From NCBI GenBank assembly GCA_041691135.1, contig JBEPVF010000009.1, positions 1 through 60,614 on the forward strand: DNA of 60,614 nt. The letters are read 5' to 3'. The DNA comes from Candidatus Peribacteria bacterium. GTDB taxonomy: Bacteria; Patescibacteriota; Gracilibacteria; Peribacterales; Peribacteraceae. Numbering within the stretch: position 1 is the first letter of the stretch; every line of letters begins with the position of its first letter. Position numbers and translations under genes: made by a program. Below, in pieces: positions 20,509-30,646 of this stretch. Below the pieces are notes generated by a model that did not search any database, had not been told where the DNA came from, and saw only the letters and a program-made list of their open reading frames with translations.

Positions 20509-21807
20509 TTATTGCCCAATCGGCACATCCCCGCTCTGGAGATTCGCTGTTCCCGGATCCACCGGTACTTCCGCTGCTATTCCTTCCTGATAGAACAGTG
20601 GGCGCGCCTGATAGGCGGAGTAGAAGCGTTCAACTGTATCGGCGGCATTTTCGTGTGCCGTAATCCGGTACCATACTGCTTTCATCCCGGGGACGCGTTC
20701 GCCTACTTTCTTGCGTTCACCAGGAGCCAAATCGGTCGTGTACTCGATGCGGTCGGGCGGCGGGCCGACGCGATCCCAGATGTAGGGACCCACGACCTGC
20801 ACGTCACGATTATCGCGCGTGCCGTAGTAGATGAAGTAGGCGTTATCACCTTCTTCGTATGTTTGAATAAGCAAGGCGCCGGGGCTGTCGTTCTTGAACT
20901 TCATGTCCGGTGCCGGCGTGAAGACCGTCGCGTCGGTACCGACCGGAAAGTAGTGACTCACGATGTAACTGTGATTCGTGCGCGAGACGATGGGGAAGCC
21001 GTATTCCCAGACTCCGCGATACGCAGTGGAACTCACCTGGCACAGGCCGCCGCCGTAGTCCGGCACGGTTTTGTCACCTTTGATGACGAGTTCGCGCAAG
21101 TAGCCCGTCGCCGCGTTCACGGGGCCCAGAACATCGATAAACGAGAAGACTGTATTTTGCGGAATGATCGTGCCGTTGAATTTGCTCAGGCCGGTTGCAA
21201 TATTGTGTTTGCGATTGGGCGGTGAGCGGCTCATATCGGATTCACCGATCGTCACCACTTCTTGTATGCCTTCGGCCGTGAGCGCCGGGTCCGTGACGGT
21301 GATATGCGGTTGCGTCTCGATCATGGGGAGGACGATTTCGATGATTCCCTGTTGCAGTGCATCAATGGTAAGGGCCGTCGCGCGATCCAGATCGACATCG
21401 CGGCCGGTCAGTCCCACGCCTTGGAACGTCACCTTCCCTGTCGCATCCGTGCCGATGGCCACGTCGCCGGGATCGCGGTGCAAAGCGGTTCCAATCTCCT
21501 GGTCCAAGGACTGACGAATTGCTCCCTGGTCATACGCTTCCACTTGCCGGCGTTCGAAGCCGGCGGGCACTCCCGGAAGTTGATCGCCGTCCACACGCAA
21601 TTCCGTTGGGGGTACAACCACCTGCCCGTTATAGAGCCATTGTTCCTGGGTTGAATGCCACTGGGGAAATTTGGCAGGATCGAGTGTGAAGAGGTAATGC
21701 TCGTAACGGTATGTAATTGGACTGGCGGCTGCGGAGGCTTGTACGGGGAAGAATCCGACGAAGCCGACGGCGCCGAGGAAGCCGAGAAGGGCGATATGCT
21801 CACGCAT
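20509..21807 (-). CDS. VanW family protein
   Basis: FSFIDVLG, YGGGLCQVSSTAYR, R.NHSY...Y...G.DAT, DMKFKND. Confidence 0.9.
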   Translation of the reverse strand: MREHIALLGFLGAVGFVGFFPVQASAAASPITYRYEHYLFTLDPAKFPQWHSTQEQWLYNGQVVVPPTELRVDGDQLPGVPAGFERRQVEAYDQGAIRQSLDQEIGTALHRDPGDVAIGTDATGKVTFQGVGLTGRDVDLDRATALTIDALQQGIIEIVLPMIETQPHITVTDPALTAEGIQEVVTIGESDMSRSPPNRKHNIATGLSKFNGTIIPQNTVFSFIDVLGPVNAATGYLRELVIKGDKTVPDYGGGLCQVSSTAYRGVWEYGFPIVSRTNHSYIVSHYFPVGTDATVFTPAPDMKFKNDSPGALLIQTYEEGDNAYFIYYGTRDNRDVQVVGPYIWDRVGPPPDRIEYTTDLAPGERKKVGERVPGMKAVWYRITAHENAADTVERFYSAYQARPLFYQEGIAAEVPVDPGTANLQSGDVPIGQ

Positions 21808-21886
21808 CGGGCATAGTATTCAGGAAAAACCCCAATAAAGGAACCTGAGAATCTGAATAAAAAGAAGGTGAAATGGTTCCTACTCA

Positions 21887-22543
21887 TCACCGGTACATCG
21901 GCCTGCTGGGCATCGTCGATCGCGCCCGCTCGTTCAATACTTTATTCACCAATGCATCGGCGCGATGATTATCGCTCCGCGGAATATGTTTGAAGATGAT
22001 GTCGGGGTATTCCTTGCTCAGACGTTTGGCTTCTTCGAATAGCGGTTCGAGGCTGGGCATCTTGACTCGGTATTCGCCGTTGAGTTGTCGGACGACAAGC
22101 TCGCTGTCGAGGTGGCAGATCAGGCGATTCGGATGGTAGTGCTGCGCCAGCTTGAGTCCTTTGATGAGCGCTTTATATTCGGCAACGTTGTTGGTCTCGA
22201 TGCCGATGCATTCACCGAACTGCTTGAGCAGCACGCCGCGCTTGGGGTCTTCCAGAATACAGCCGATAGCTGCTTCGCCGGGATTGCCGCGCGAACCGCC
22301 ATCGGTAAAAAGGTAAAGCGTGCCGCCGGCCATTTCCTCATCCTCTTCATCATGCGGTTCGTCGGCGCTGTAGCCCTCGTCTTCTTGTTCATCAAACGGA
22401 AGCATCGGTGCGGACGATGATGATCCTGCATTCTTTCCGGCGAGCGCATCTTCAATCACACGTGCGACAAAATGCTCACGGTCGGCCTTGTCGGGGAACA
22501 GTTGCATGAGCCGGCGTTCAATCGAGGGCGGCAGGCGGAGCAT
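21887..22543 (-). CDS. Ribonuclease HI family protein with N-terminal extension
   Basis: FTDGGSRGNPG, TNNVAEY, DSELVVRQLNG, N..AD.LVN. Confidence 0.9.
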   Translation of the reverse strand: MLRLPPSIERRLMQLFPDKADREHFVARVIEDALAGKNAGSSSSAPMLPFDEQEDEGYSADEPHDEEDEEMAGGTLYLFTDGGSRGNPGEAAIGCILEDPKRGVLLKQFGECIGIETNNVAEYKALIKGLKLAQHYHPNRLICHLDSELVVRQLNGEYRVKMPSLEPLFEEAKRLSKEYPDIIFKHIPRSDNHRADALVNKVLNERARSTMPSRPMYR

Positions 22544-22665
22544 CAGCTGCAGAATACTACAGAGTGAGCTATGGGGAAATGAAAGGACGCTGACAAATTG
22601 AGATATTGATAACTGAAAATTGCCAATGAAAAATTGGCAGTTGGAGTGTTGAACTTTCATTGTGT

Positions 22666-24192
22666 TTACCGGCTCTTTTTATTCGAGACACGCTTGATGT
22701 CACTGGCCAGCAGTCGCGGGTCACGCAGGCGGTCTTTTATTCCTTCGTGAATCGAATCAGGCACATATTTGTCGTACAAGCGATCTTCGATTTTATCGAG
22801 CGCTTTATCGGCTGCGATTTTCAGGATGTTTTTCAGCTGCTCTTTCGCTGATCCTCCCGCTAATGCGACTTTCGCCAATAATTTGGAGCCGGCTGTTTTT
22901 CCGGCACCCACAAGCGTGCTTCCGGCTTTACCCAAAACCTTATCCAGTCCGGGTATGGCCTTGAGTAACGCTGCTTCGATGACAATATCTCCCACGTCTT
23001 CGCTGCCGATTGCGTACCGTGTTCCATGTTTGAAAGCGAAATACACTGCGCCGCCGCCGGGTACCCGATTGGCTGCGGTGCTGGCAGCGACATCCAACAC
23101 ATGCACACCGACTTCGGCGACATCATAAGCGGCAATGAGCTGGTCGAGCTGTTTGTTCGCCTGCGTATACTGCTTTCCAAGCGATGAGATATCGGTGGGA
23201 CGCATGCTCCGAACAAGCCGTACAATGGCTGGAATTTTGTCGGCAGACGGACCGTTTCCTTCCACGATCCGTTGCAGTTGGGTATACGCGTCAGCCGCAC
23301 GGTGTTGGGTCTGGTTGAACGCTTCAAGCACAGCTTTGTCGGCCGCAGCAGTCGACGTATATCCGCGGGTGAACACAGAGTTGCCCGTCGCACTTAGATT
23401 TGCGAGGCCGGGCAATTGCGAAGTCAGCAGTTGCTCGGTTCCGTTTGCAATAAGCGCTTCTTGCGATGAGACTTGCGCATTTTGCTGTGCCCCGCGTGCA
23501 CCACTTTCCGCTATTTTTTGCATTTTCATAAGCAATTGATTGGCAGTGGTCACCACTTCTTCGTAGTGATCTTGCGTCGTACGCAGCCGACGTACTTCTC
23601 TGATGGTATCCGCCTGCTCTTGGAGGCTGCCGCTGATCGGGAAGTCGGGAAGAGTGGCAGTTTGTACCTGCTGATGCGCACGCGCGGCCAAAGCAGATGA
23701 CGGTTGCTGCTCACTGGAAGATGCAGACTTTTTTTCTTCAAATTGTTTTGCGAGTTCTTCGTAGGTTGCTCGAAAAATGTCGTGCAATTCCGTTTCGACC
23801 AATTGCTGCGCCTCGCGCTCCGCTTCGTCCGGCTCAGCATCTATTTCTTGCGAGACGGCTGCGAGTTCATTTGCATCCTGTTGCTTCTGCTGCTGCTCAT
23901 GTGCCCGGATATTTTCGGCGGTGTGGCGTAATTTTTCACTCGCCGCCGTTGCCCGCTGTTCGACATTCGTCCGATTTGGTTCGTCGGACAAGAGTTTCTC
24001 AATTTTCTGATCTGCCTGATCCAGGGCATCGGCGAATGATCCCACTGCCCGTCTGAGTTCATCGTCTGATTGTTCTATGATTGCCTTACGTGCTTCCTCA
24101 TGTTTCTCGGCGATGCTGTCGGCGATTGTAGGATCGCGCAGAGCTTCGACAAATCCAAGTACGCGTTGGTACCGGTGTTCCAGAGCGCCCAT
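22666..24192 (-). CDS. Hypothetical coiled-coil protein (508 aa; frame open upstream to 24318)
   Basis: Long E/Q/A-rich helical ORF with a Gly/Ala-rich C-terminal region. Confidence 0.75.
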   Translation of the reverse strand: MGALEHRYQRVLGFVEALRDPTIADSIAEKHEEARKAIIEQSDDELRRAVGSFADALDQADQKIEKLLSDEPNRTNVEQRATAASEKLRHTAENIRAHEQQQKQQDANELAAVSQEIDAEPDEAEREAQQLVETELHDIFRATYEELAKQFEEKKSASSSEQQPSSALAARAHQQVQTATLPDFPISGSLQEQADTIREVRRLRTTQDHYEEVVTTANQLLMKMQKIAESGARGAQQNAQVSSQEALIANGTEQLLTSQLPGLANLSATGNSVFTRGYTSTAAADKAVLEAFNQTQHRAADAYTQLQRIVEGNGPSADKIPAIVRLVRSMRPTDISSLGKQYTQANKQLDQLIAAYDVAEVGVHVLDVAASTAANRVPGGGAVYFAFKHGTRYAIGSEDVGDIVIEAALLKAIPGLDKVLGKAGSTLVGAGKTAGSKLLAKVALAGGSAKEQLKNILKIAADKALDKIEDRLYDKYVPDSIHEGIKDRLRDPRLLASDIKRVSNKKSR

Positions 24193-24352
24193 GCGTTTCG
24201 CGTCGACTGACCGACCCGTTTCGGCTGCGTCATTCTCCGTCCGACTTCCAGCTTCGAGGTTCCCAAAACCGATCAGCCGGTGCTCTCGGAAGCCGGTGTA
24301 GGGGATGTTGGCTTTTATCTAATATTATAACATTTTTATGTAATGTTGGCTA

Positions 24353-24925
24353 TTATGTGTTTAGCGCATTCTTTGGCTTACAATCGCAATTTCCGTGGCA
24401 TGCACACCCTCTCGCAGTCATCTCTTCGTCCAAATCCAATTTGAATTTCCCTTCGCGAAAATCGATCGTGCTGCCGCCGACGCGCTTGAGGGTGAGGCTT
24501 GATGCGTAGAGTTTCACATCAGGAACGTCACTGTTGTGGAACGTGCGGTCATCATTGGACAGTTCCTGTTGGAATTCCAGGCAAAATCCGCCGCGCCCGT
24601 CGGCGATGACGGCCAAGCCTTCGCCGAGCCGGCCTTCGGCCTCAGCGATGTCGCGAATTGCGTGCGCGGCAGGTGTCGTCAGAGTCAGGACTTCGGGTTT
24701 GGATGGCAGGTCATGGATGATCTGATTAATATCATCGACCAGTTCATCGACTTCATCGTCTTCGAAGCCGTGTGTACGACAACCGTCGATCAATGTCTCC
24801 TCGGCGTTGGCGCTGCAGTTGAAACAGTGCAGGCCGTATTCCGCGATCACACTCTCGGATTCCGGACACAACGTAATGATGTCCAGAACACGCATGTGTT
24901 TGTTGATGGGCGAGGCGAGAGGCAT
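24353..24925 (-). CDS. DUF1858-like plus HesB/IscA-like domain protein
   Basis: YGLHCFNC...ETL..GC..HG N-terminal domain; LTLT..A...I and GSTIDF; C-terminal CAC...CDC. Confidence 0.7.
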   Translation of the reverse strand: MPLASPINKHMRVLDIITLCPESESVIAEYGLHCFNCSANAEETLIDGCRTHGFEDDEVDELVDDINQIIHDLPSKPEVLTLTTPAAHAIRDIAEAEGRLGEGLAVIADGRGGFCLEFQQELSNDDRTFHNSDVPDVKLYASSLTLKRVGGSTIDFREGKFKLDLDEEMTARGCACHGNCDCKPKNALNT

Positions 24926-25126
24926 GGCTCTATTATACGACGAAATCCCAATCGCCAAGCCCCAATAATCAACTAAATTCCCATAGCCAATTTCGAATCA
25001 CAAAATCCGTCAGTGATTGGCTATTTGGGTCTTCATTGGTAATTGAGACTTGGATTTTGGTAATTTTCTCACTATTTTCGATACTTTCTCTGCTGCCACT
25101 ATTCCTCCCATGTTACCATCCTCCTC

Positions 25127-26362
25127 GTGTCCGACTCTGCTTTCCTCCGCCGCATTGTTGTCATCGGCGTACCGATCATTACGCTCCTCTTGGGGTGGCA
25201 GATGGGGGTGGGCTACGAACGACAGGTGCTGACGCCGCCGCCCGATGGGCCGTTGCGCACGGCAACAGGCGCATTCCTGCATCCCGAGGACCAAGCGGAT
25301 CTGTCGCTGCTGTGGCGAGTGTGGCATGTGCTTAACGACCGGTACGTATCGCCGCAGGATTTGCAGGGCGACAAATTAATGGAAGGTGCGGTCGAAGGGC
25401 TGGTGCGTGCGGTGGGTGATCCGTTTACGACGTACATGAGTCCGGCGGAGACGGCCAAGTTCACCGAGAGCATCGGTGGCGAACTCGAAGGCATCGGCGC
25501 GCAACTTGCGGAGCGCGAGGGCGCGGTCATCGTCGTGGCACCCCTTAAAGGATCGCCCGCCGAGAAGGCGGGACTTCTTCCGGAAGATGTGATCACCGCC
25601 GTCGATGGGAAGCTCATTTTTCAGCAAACGCTCAATCAGGTCGTCAGTCTCATCCGCGGCAAACCGGGCACGAGTGTGATCCTCACTGTCTATCATCACA
25701 ATGATCCGAACCCGCACAAGATTTCCATTGTGCGCCAGCACATCACCGTGCCGAGTGTGGAATCGAAGATCATCGATGCGCCAACGGGTCCCGTGGGTTA
25801 TCTGGATCTGACGCAGTTCGGCGACCATTCGATTCAGGAAGTACGCACGGCGCTGGCAACGTTCGACGGTAAAAAACTCAAGGGTATCGTTCTGGATCTG
25901 CGCTACAACGGCGGCGGATATCTGGATGGCGCTGTCGAATTGGTGTCGATGTTCCTGCGTGAAGGGAAAGTGGTGTCTGTCGATCGTCGCGGGAACCAGT
26001 CCGAAGTGCTGAATGTGACCGGTAATCCGTTATATCCCGATCTGCCGATGGCGGTGTTGGTCAACGATGGCACGGCTAGTGCGGCTGAAATTACGGCCGG
26101 CGCTCTGCAGGACCACAAGCGTGCGACGATCATCGGCACGAAAACATTCGGCAAAGGCACGGTACAGGATATTGTCGCCCTTCCCGGAGGCGGTACGCTG
26201 CATGTGACTATTGCACGCTGGCTCACACCGAACGGAAAAAACCTCGGCAAAGAGGGCATCGATCCAGACATTGTGGTTGATCGTTCGGTGGATGACTACA
26301 AAGCGAATAAAGATCCGCAGTTGGATAAGGCAGTGGAAGTGGTGTCAGGAGTGAAGAAGTGA
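25127..26362 (+). CDS. ctpA: S41 carboxy-terminal processing protease
   Basis: PDZ domain (GIGA, SPAEKAG), DLRYNGGG, TASAAEI, TFGKGTVQ. Confidence 0.93.
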   Translation: MSDSAFLRRIVVIGVPIITLLLGWQMGVGYERQVLTPPPDGPLRTATGAFLHPEDQADLSLLWRVWHVLNDRYVSPQDLQGDKLMEGAVEGLVRAVGDPFTTYMSPAETAKFTESIGGELEGIGAQLAEREGAVIVVAPLKGSPAEKAGLLPEDVITAVDGKLIFQQTLNQVVSLIRGKPGTSVILTVYHHNDPNPHKISIVRQHITVPSVESKIIDAPTGPVGYLDLTQFGDHSIQEVRTALATFDGKKLKGIVLDLRYNGGGYLDGAVELVSMFLREGKVVSVDRRGNQSEVLNVTGNPLYPDLPMAVLVNDGTASAAEITAGALQDHKRATIIGTKTFGKGTVQDIVALPGGGTLHVTIARWLTPNGKNLGKEGIDPDIVVDRSVDDYKANKDPQLDKAVEVVSGVKK

Positions 26363-26431
26363 GCCATCAATCAGATGAATTGCGAAGCATGAAAATATCA
26401 TGATTCGCAACCTCGATTTGTACATCGGCTC

Positions 26432-26851
26432 CTAGTACTCGAACAGTTCGTCGTCCCGGAAGAACCGCTTCACTTCCTCCGCTGCCGTTTCGTTGCTGTC
26501 CGATGCGTGGGCGACGTTCACCATCTGGTCGACGCCGAATTCGTTGCGAATGGTACCTGCCGCCGCTTTGCGACTATCGGTGACACCGAGCATTTCGCGC
26601 ACGCGTTCGATGACATTATCGCCTTCCAGAACCAAAGCCACTACCGGTGCCGAGCCCATGAATTCTTCCACTTCGGGGTAGAACGGCTTATCGGCGATGT
26701 GGGCGTAGTGCTTCTTTAAAATATTCTTATCCAGGTACACCATTTTGCAACCGCGAATACGGAAGCCGGCGTCTTCGAAACGCGTAACTACTTTGCCGAT
26801 AAATCCCTTGGTGAGTGCGTCGGGTTTGAGGAGGATGAGAGTCTGGTCCAT
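26432..26851 (-). CDS. ndk: Nucleoside diphosphate kinase
   Basis: LLKPDA, HYAH, GTIR, NVAHASDS. Confidence 0.96.
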   Translation of the reverse strand: MDQTLILLKPDALTKGFIGKVVTRFEDAGFRIRGCKMVYLDKNILKKHYAHIADKPFYPEVEEFMGSAPVVALVLEGDNVIERVREMLGVTDSRKAAAGTIRNEFGVDQMVNVAHASDSNETAAEEVKRFFRDDELFEY

Positions 26852-27099
26852 AGATATAAGGGGAGGAGGTTACTGGTAGAGCTGTGAGCTCAGTGTATAC
26901 GGTAGGGCGGAAATCCCAAAAACCAAATCCTACACCATCGTTTCCTCTCCAATGCCCAATATTCTAGGTTATTTGGTTATTGGCATACAATCCGTCAAAA
27001 ATCCCTGGGGCAGGATTGCTCCTGCCCCGCTCCACCCGTTTTCCCTGCTCTCGTGCCGCATCGCCACTGTCGGTCCCGCCCCGTCCCCGCCATCAGTTA

Positions 27100-28317
27100 T
27101 TAACGTGTGGTATTGGTGCTCGACACCTGTTGCTGGGCTTGCTCGCAATCCGTACGGCGGCGAGGCGACAGGTTTTGACACGCCTCGTATGCGGCGCGCA
27201 ACTGGTCGATGCCGGTCGTAGAAATCGAGAGCGACGAGCCCTGATTTGTCGATGCACCGGTGCCTTGCTTTACCATCAGGTTTCCACTGGCGTTGTACTG
27301 GTACCAGATATTGTCGCTGCCCGACCACATGTTGTCGGTACTCAGTTCCCAGGTAATGCCGCCATCCGTGCTGCTCGAAAGATGATTGCTGTCATCGAAT
27401 CGGTACCATGTCCCGTCGCTCGCCTGCCACGCACTGCCGGGTACCATCGTCCATGTGATACCGTTGTCCGAACTCCACAGCAGACGACCGTTCATGTACT
27501 TCACCCATTGGTTATTCTTATCCATCCAGTAATCCTGATTGCTGACCTGCCATGTACCGCCAAGATCCACACGGTCGCCGGTGCTGCTTTTTTCGGTCAG
27601 TACACCGTTCTGATCCAACGAGAACCAATGGTTTCCCTCTCCCAACCACATGTCATCATTCACCGTATCCCAGGTAGCACCGCCATTGGCGCTCTTCTGC
27701 AGTTGCCAGCTGTCGTCGAAGCGGTACCAGCCGTCGGGTCCTTGCCAGGTGCGGTTTGGAATATCAGTCCAGCTTTGTCCCTGGTTCGTACTCCAGACGA
27801 GTTTGTCATTCTGTACCTTGAGCCAATTGCCGTTGAGATCCTGCCAGTGATCCGGGGACAGCGATGTACTGCCTCCTACGGACGAACTATTACTTGTTGA
27901 ACTGGAGGAAGATGAAGTCGAACTGACACTGCTGGTTGTATTCTCGATCGAGAGGTTATAGCTATTCTGCGCTGTTCGCAGCCAGTTCTGATACCACGCA
28001 TGAAATACCCGTCGCCTAGCAGCTTGCTGAGCAGTGCTGAGCGGCTGCAGACAAGAGGTGTGTTGGCCGGTTGGCAATGTGTTGCAGTACTGGCTGTGCA
28101 AGTAGTTCATCAGGGCATCTTCACTGAAGGTGGCCGCAGCGGAAGCGGTTGTGCGCGTCGATGTTTGCACAGTGAGCGTGTTCGTCCGCGATACCGAGGA
28201 TGCGCTCGCCGAAGAATCCGTCATTTTCTGAAACGAATCGAGTGTGTAGGCTGATGCCATGGGCAGCGCTGTCAGTATCAGAGTGCCTGTCATAAGCAGT
28301 CGGTGTGTATTCTTCAT
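27100..28317 (-). CDS. Secreted Ser/Thr-rich protein with two Trp-rich Asp-box repeat domains
   Basis: Signal peptide; four S.[DN].G.[TS]W motifs in two ~85-aa repeats. Confidence 0.75.
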   Translation of the reverse strand: MKNTHRLLMTGTLILTALPMASAYTLDSFQKMTDSSASASSVSRTNTLTVQTSTRTTASAAATFSEDALMNYLHSQYCNTLPTGQHTSCLQPLSTAQQAARRRVFHAWYQNWLRTAQNSYNLSIENTTSSVSSTSSSSSSTSNSSSVGGSTSLSPDHWQDLNGNWLKVQNDKLVWSTNQGQSWTDIPNRTWQGPDGWYRFDDSWQLQKSANGGATWDTVNDDMWLGEGNHWFSLDQNGVLTEKSSTGDRVDLGGTWQVSNQDYWMDKNNQWVKYMNGRLLWSSDNGITWTMVPGSAWQASDGTWYRFDDSNHLSSSTDGGITWELSTDNMWSGSDNIWYQYNASGNLMVKQGTGASTNQGSSLSISTTGIDQLRAAYEACQNLSPRRRTDCEQAQQQVSSTNTTR

Positions 28318-28405
28318 AAGAGATAGCGAAAGGAAATACAAAGAAACCGGATGGTTACGGGTGGATGACGCTGGGTAGTTGCCATCCTTACAGGTGCTGT
28401 CTTCC

Positions 28406-29152
28406 TTAACGGCTCACACAGAAACCCGTGCATACCTGTATGCAGCTATCGTCGTCGGGACTACAGGTCGACTGGCAATCACCTTGTTCAGTGGAGCACA
28501 TCTGATTGCTGCTGCAGTCATCGCTCGAGAGACACTGCTGAGACGACGCATCGCTCATGCTGGTGGAAGTTTGCGGGTTGACGAACAGATCGAGCAGCAC
28601 TGCCACTTCGCCGCGGGTGAGCGGGTGATCAGGATTATTCGAGACGTATCCGAATGCATTCATGCCATTGCCGGCATCGATGTAGGGGTCGTACCAATGG
28701 TCGGGCGCGCGGAAGTACACCGGCAACTGCGTGTTCCAGGCGCGCATCGCCATAGCCAGGCCTTCGGCCACGTTCACCGCATTCTCGCCGCGGAAAGTGC
28801 CGTCCGGATTACCGGTAAGAATTCCTTTTTCCTTCGCCTCACAGGCGTACTGCCAGTACCACTGCTGAGTGCCGGTGAAGTCAGTAAAACATTGAAAATC
28901 GGTCGTGGGCAGCGATACCACCTCTCCGCCGAAGCGAGCGAGCATCAACATCTTCAAGAATTCAGCCCGGTTGATCGACTGCATCGGTTTGAACTCTCCA
29001 TTAGCGTAGCCGTTAATCACATTCTGTGCCTGCAGCCGGTCCGCCGCACCGGCGTATGGTGCGGCAGGTTGAATATCCGAGAAAGCGAGCACGCTGGCCG
29101 CGGGAACTGCCATGGTCACGACCGTTGCCGCGAGAAGGAGGCGGATTTTCAT
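28406..29152 (-). CDS. S-layer homology (SLH) domain protein with Cys-rich tail
   Basis: FSDI...GYANGEFKP...INRAE, G.PDGTFR, LTRGE; 8 Cys in the C-terminal ~42 aa. Confidence 0.88.
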   Translation of the reverse strand: MKIRLLLAATVVTMAVPAASVLAFSDIQPAAPYAGAADRLQAQNVINGYANGEFKPMQSINRAEFLKMLMLARFGGEVVSLPTTDFQCFTDFTGTQQWYWQYACEAKEKGILTGNPDGTFRGENAVNVAEGLAMAMRAWNTQLPVYFRAPDHWYDPYIDAGNGMNAFGYVSNNPDHPLTRGEVAVLLDLFVNPQTSTSMSDASSQQCLSSDDCSSNQMCSTEQGDCQSTCSPDDDSCIQVCTGFCVSR

Positions 29153-29214
29153 GGGAGGACAAGGAAGGTACTTATACTAACGGAGCGCGGGGCAAAAGGT
29201 TACAGCGACTAGAA

Positions 29215-30474
29215 TCAGCCAATCAGCTCCTCCATCTTCTTTTCATCATTCTCCTTGCCGATCACTACCAAGCGCAGCTCCTCTTTTTTGATCAGACGGG
29301 CGGCGAGGGCGTTGATCTGTTTGGTCGTCACTTTGTCGACTTCGGCGAAGTATTCCGCCACGTCGCGTACTTTGGGGTAGAGCAGTTCCTGTTTGCCGTA
29401 GAAATGCGCGCGTTCCTCACTGTCTTCCAGCGAGAGTGTGATTTTTCCCTTTAGGAAGTCCTTTGATCGTTGCACTTCCTCTTCCGTCACGCCTTCGGCG
29501 GCGCAGGTAAGGTATTCGTGCTTGATGGCTTCGATGGCCTCATGCAAACGCGACTGGTCCACGCCGGCGCGAGTGGAAAGCGACCCGGCATCCAGATAAT
29601 TGTCCGTCTCGGTGGCGATGTAGTAGCACAGTCCGCGCGCTTCGCGGATGTTGAGGAACATGCGCGAACTCATATTGCCGCCCAGGATCACCGACAGAAG
29701 TTTCAAGGCGAAGTGATCTTTGTCCTGCGAACTGACGCCCGGCATACCGAGCACCAGGTGTGCTTGCTCGGTGTTCTTGCTGCGCAGCCATACTTTTTTG
29801 GTGCCGTAGTCTTTGAAGGGCAAAAATGTTTCCTTGTGATCCCCGCTGATGGCGCCGAAGTACGTCTGTCCCAAACGCATGGCGCTTTCTTCCGTCACTT
29901 TTCCGGCGAACGTGACGACCAGATTTTTGGCCGTATACAGCCACTCTTTGTGATGCTGGAATTCTTCCTGCGTCACGCGGCGAATTACTTCTTCGGTACC
30001 GATGGTATCCCAGCCCAGCGGGTGATTGCCGAACAGAAGTTCCTCGAAGTCCCAGCCGGCGCGGTACATCGGCGTGTCCTGGTACATGCGTTCTTCCTCC
30101 ATGATCACGCCGCGCTCCTTCTCGATTTCTTCGGGTGGAAAACTGGCGTGGAGCAACATGTCGGACAGTACGTCACAGGCGAGCTCCAAATCTTTGGCCG
30201 CCACCTTCACGTAGTACCCCGCATATTCTTTGCCGGTGAATGCGTTGAAGTCGCCGCCGACCGAATCGATGGCCGCACTCACTTCTTTGGTATTGATGTA
30301 CTTGTGTCCGCCCTTGAAGAACATGTGTTCCAAAAAATGGCTGATGCCGCGGTTCTCCTGTTGTTCATACCGCGACCCGGCGCCGGCGAATACAAGGACA
30401 GTCACGGATTCGGTTCCTTCGATGGGCGAGGTGAGGACGCGCAGGCCGGATGCAAGTTTGTTGACGGTAAACAT
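29215..30474 (-). CDS. M16 family zinc peptidase
   Basis: HFLEHMFFKG, NAFT, LGGNMSSRMF..IRE.RGL.Y. Confidence 0.93.
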   Translation of the reverse strand: MFTVNKLASGLRVLTSPIEGTESVTVLVFAGAGSRYEQQENRGISHFLEHMFFKGGHKYINTKEVSAAIDSVGGDFNAFTGKEYAGYYVKVAAKDLELACDVLSDMLLHASFPPEEIEKERGVIMEEERMYQDTPMYRAGWDFEELLFGNHPLGWDTIGTEEVIRRVTQEEFQHHKEWLYTAKNLVVTFAGKVTEESAMRLGQTYFGAISGDHKETFLPFKDYGTKKVWLRSKNTEQAHLVLGMPGVSSQDKDHFALKLLSVILGGNMSSRMFLNIREARGLCYYIATETDNYLDAGSLSTRAGVDQSRLHEAIEAIKHEYLTCAAEGVTEEEVQRSKDFLKGKITLSLEDSEERAHFYGKQELLYPKVRDVAEYFAEVDKVTTKQINALAARLIKKEELRLVVIGKENDEKKMEELIG

Positions 30475-30646
30475 AGTGGAGGGAGTGTAGGGGAAAAAGT
30501 ATGGCGGGACACATCTTCCTGGTACAGAGAATTCCGGCCATGGACAGCGAAATACACCTGGAGTGGGCTGGAATAGCTCAGACAGATGCCATAACGAAAG
30601 ATTTTCTCTTGTCAGGCCAGGGCAGTCCTTGTAAAGTCTCCCGGCT

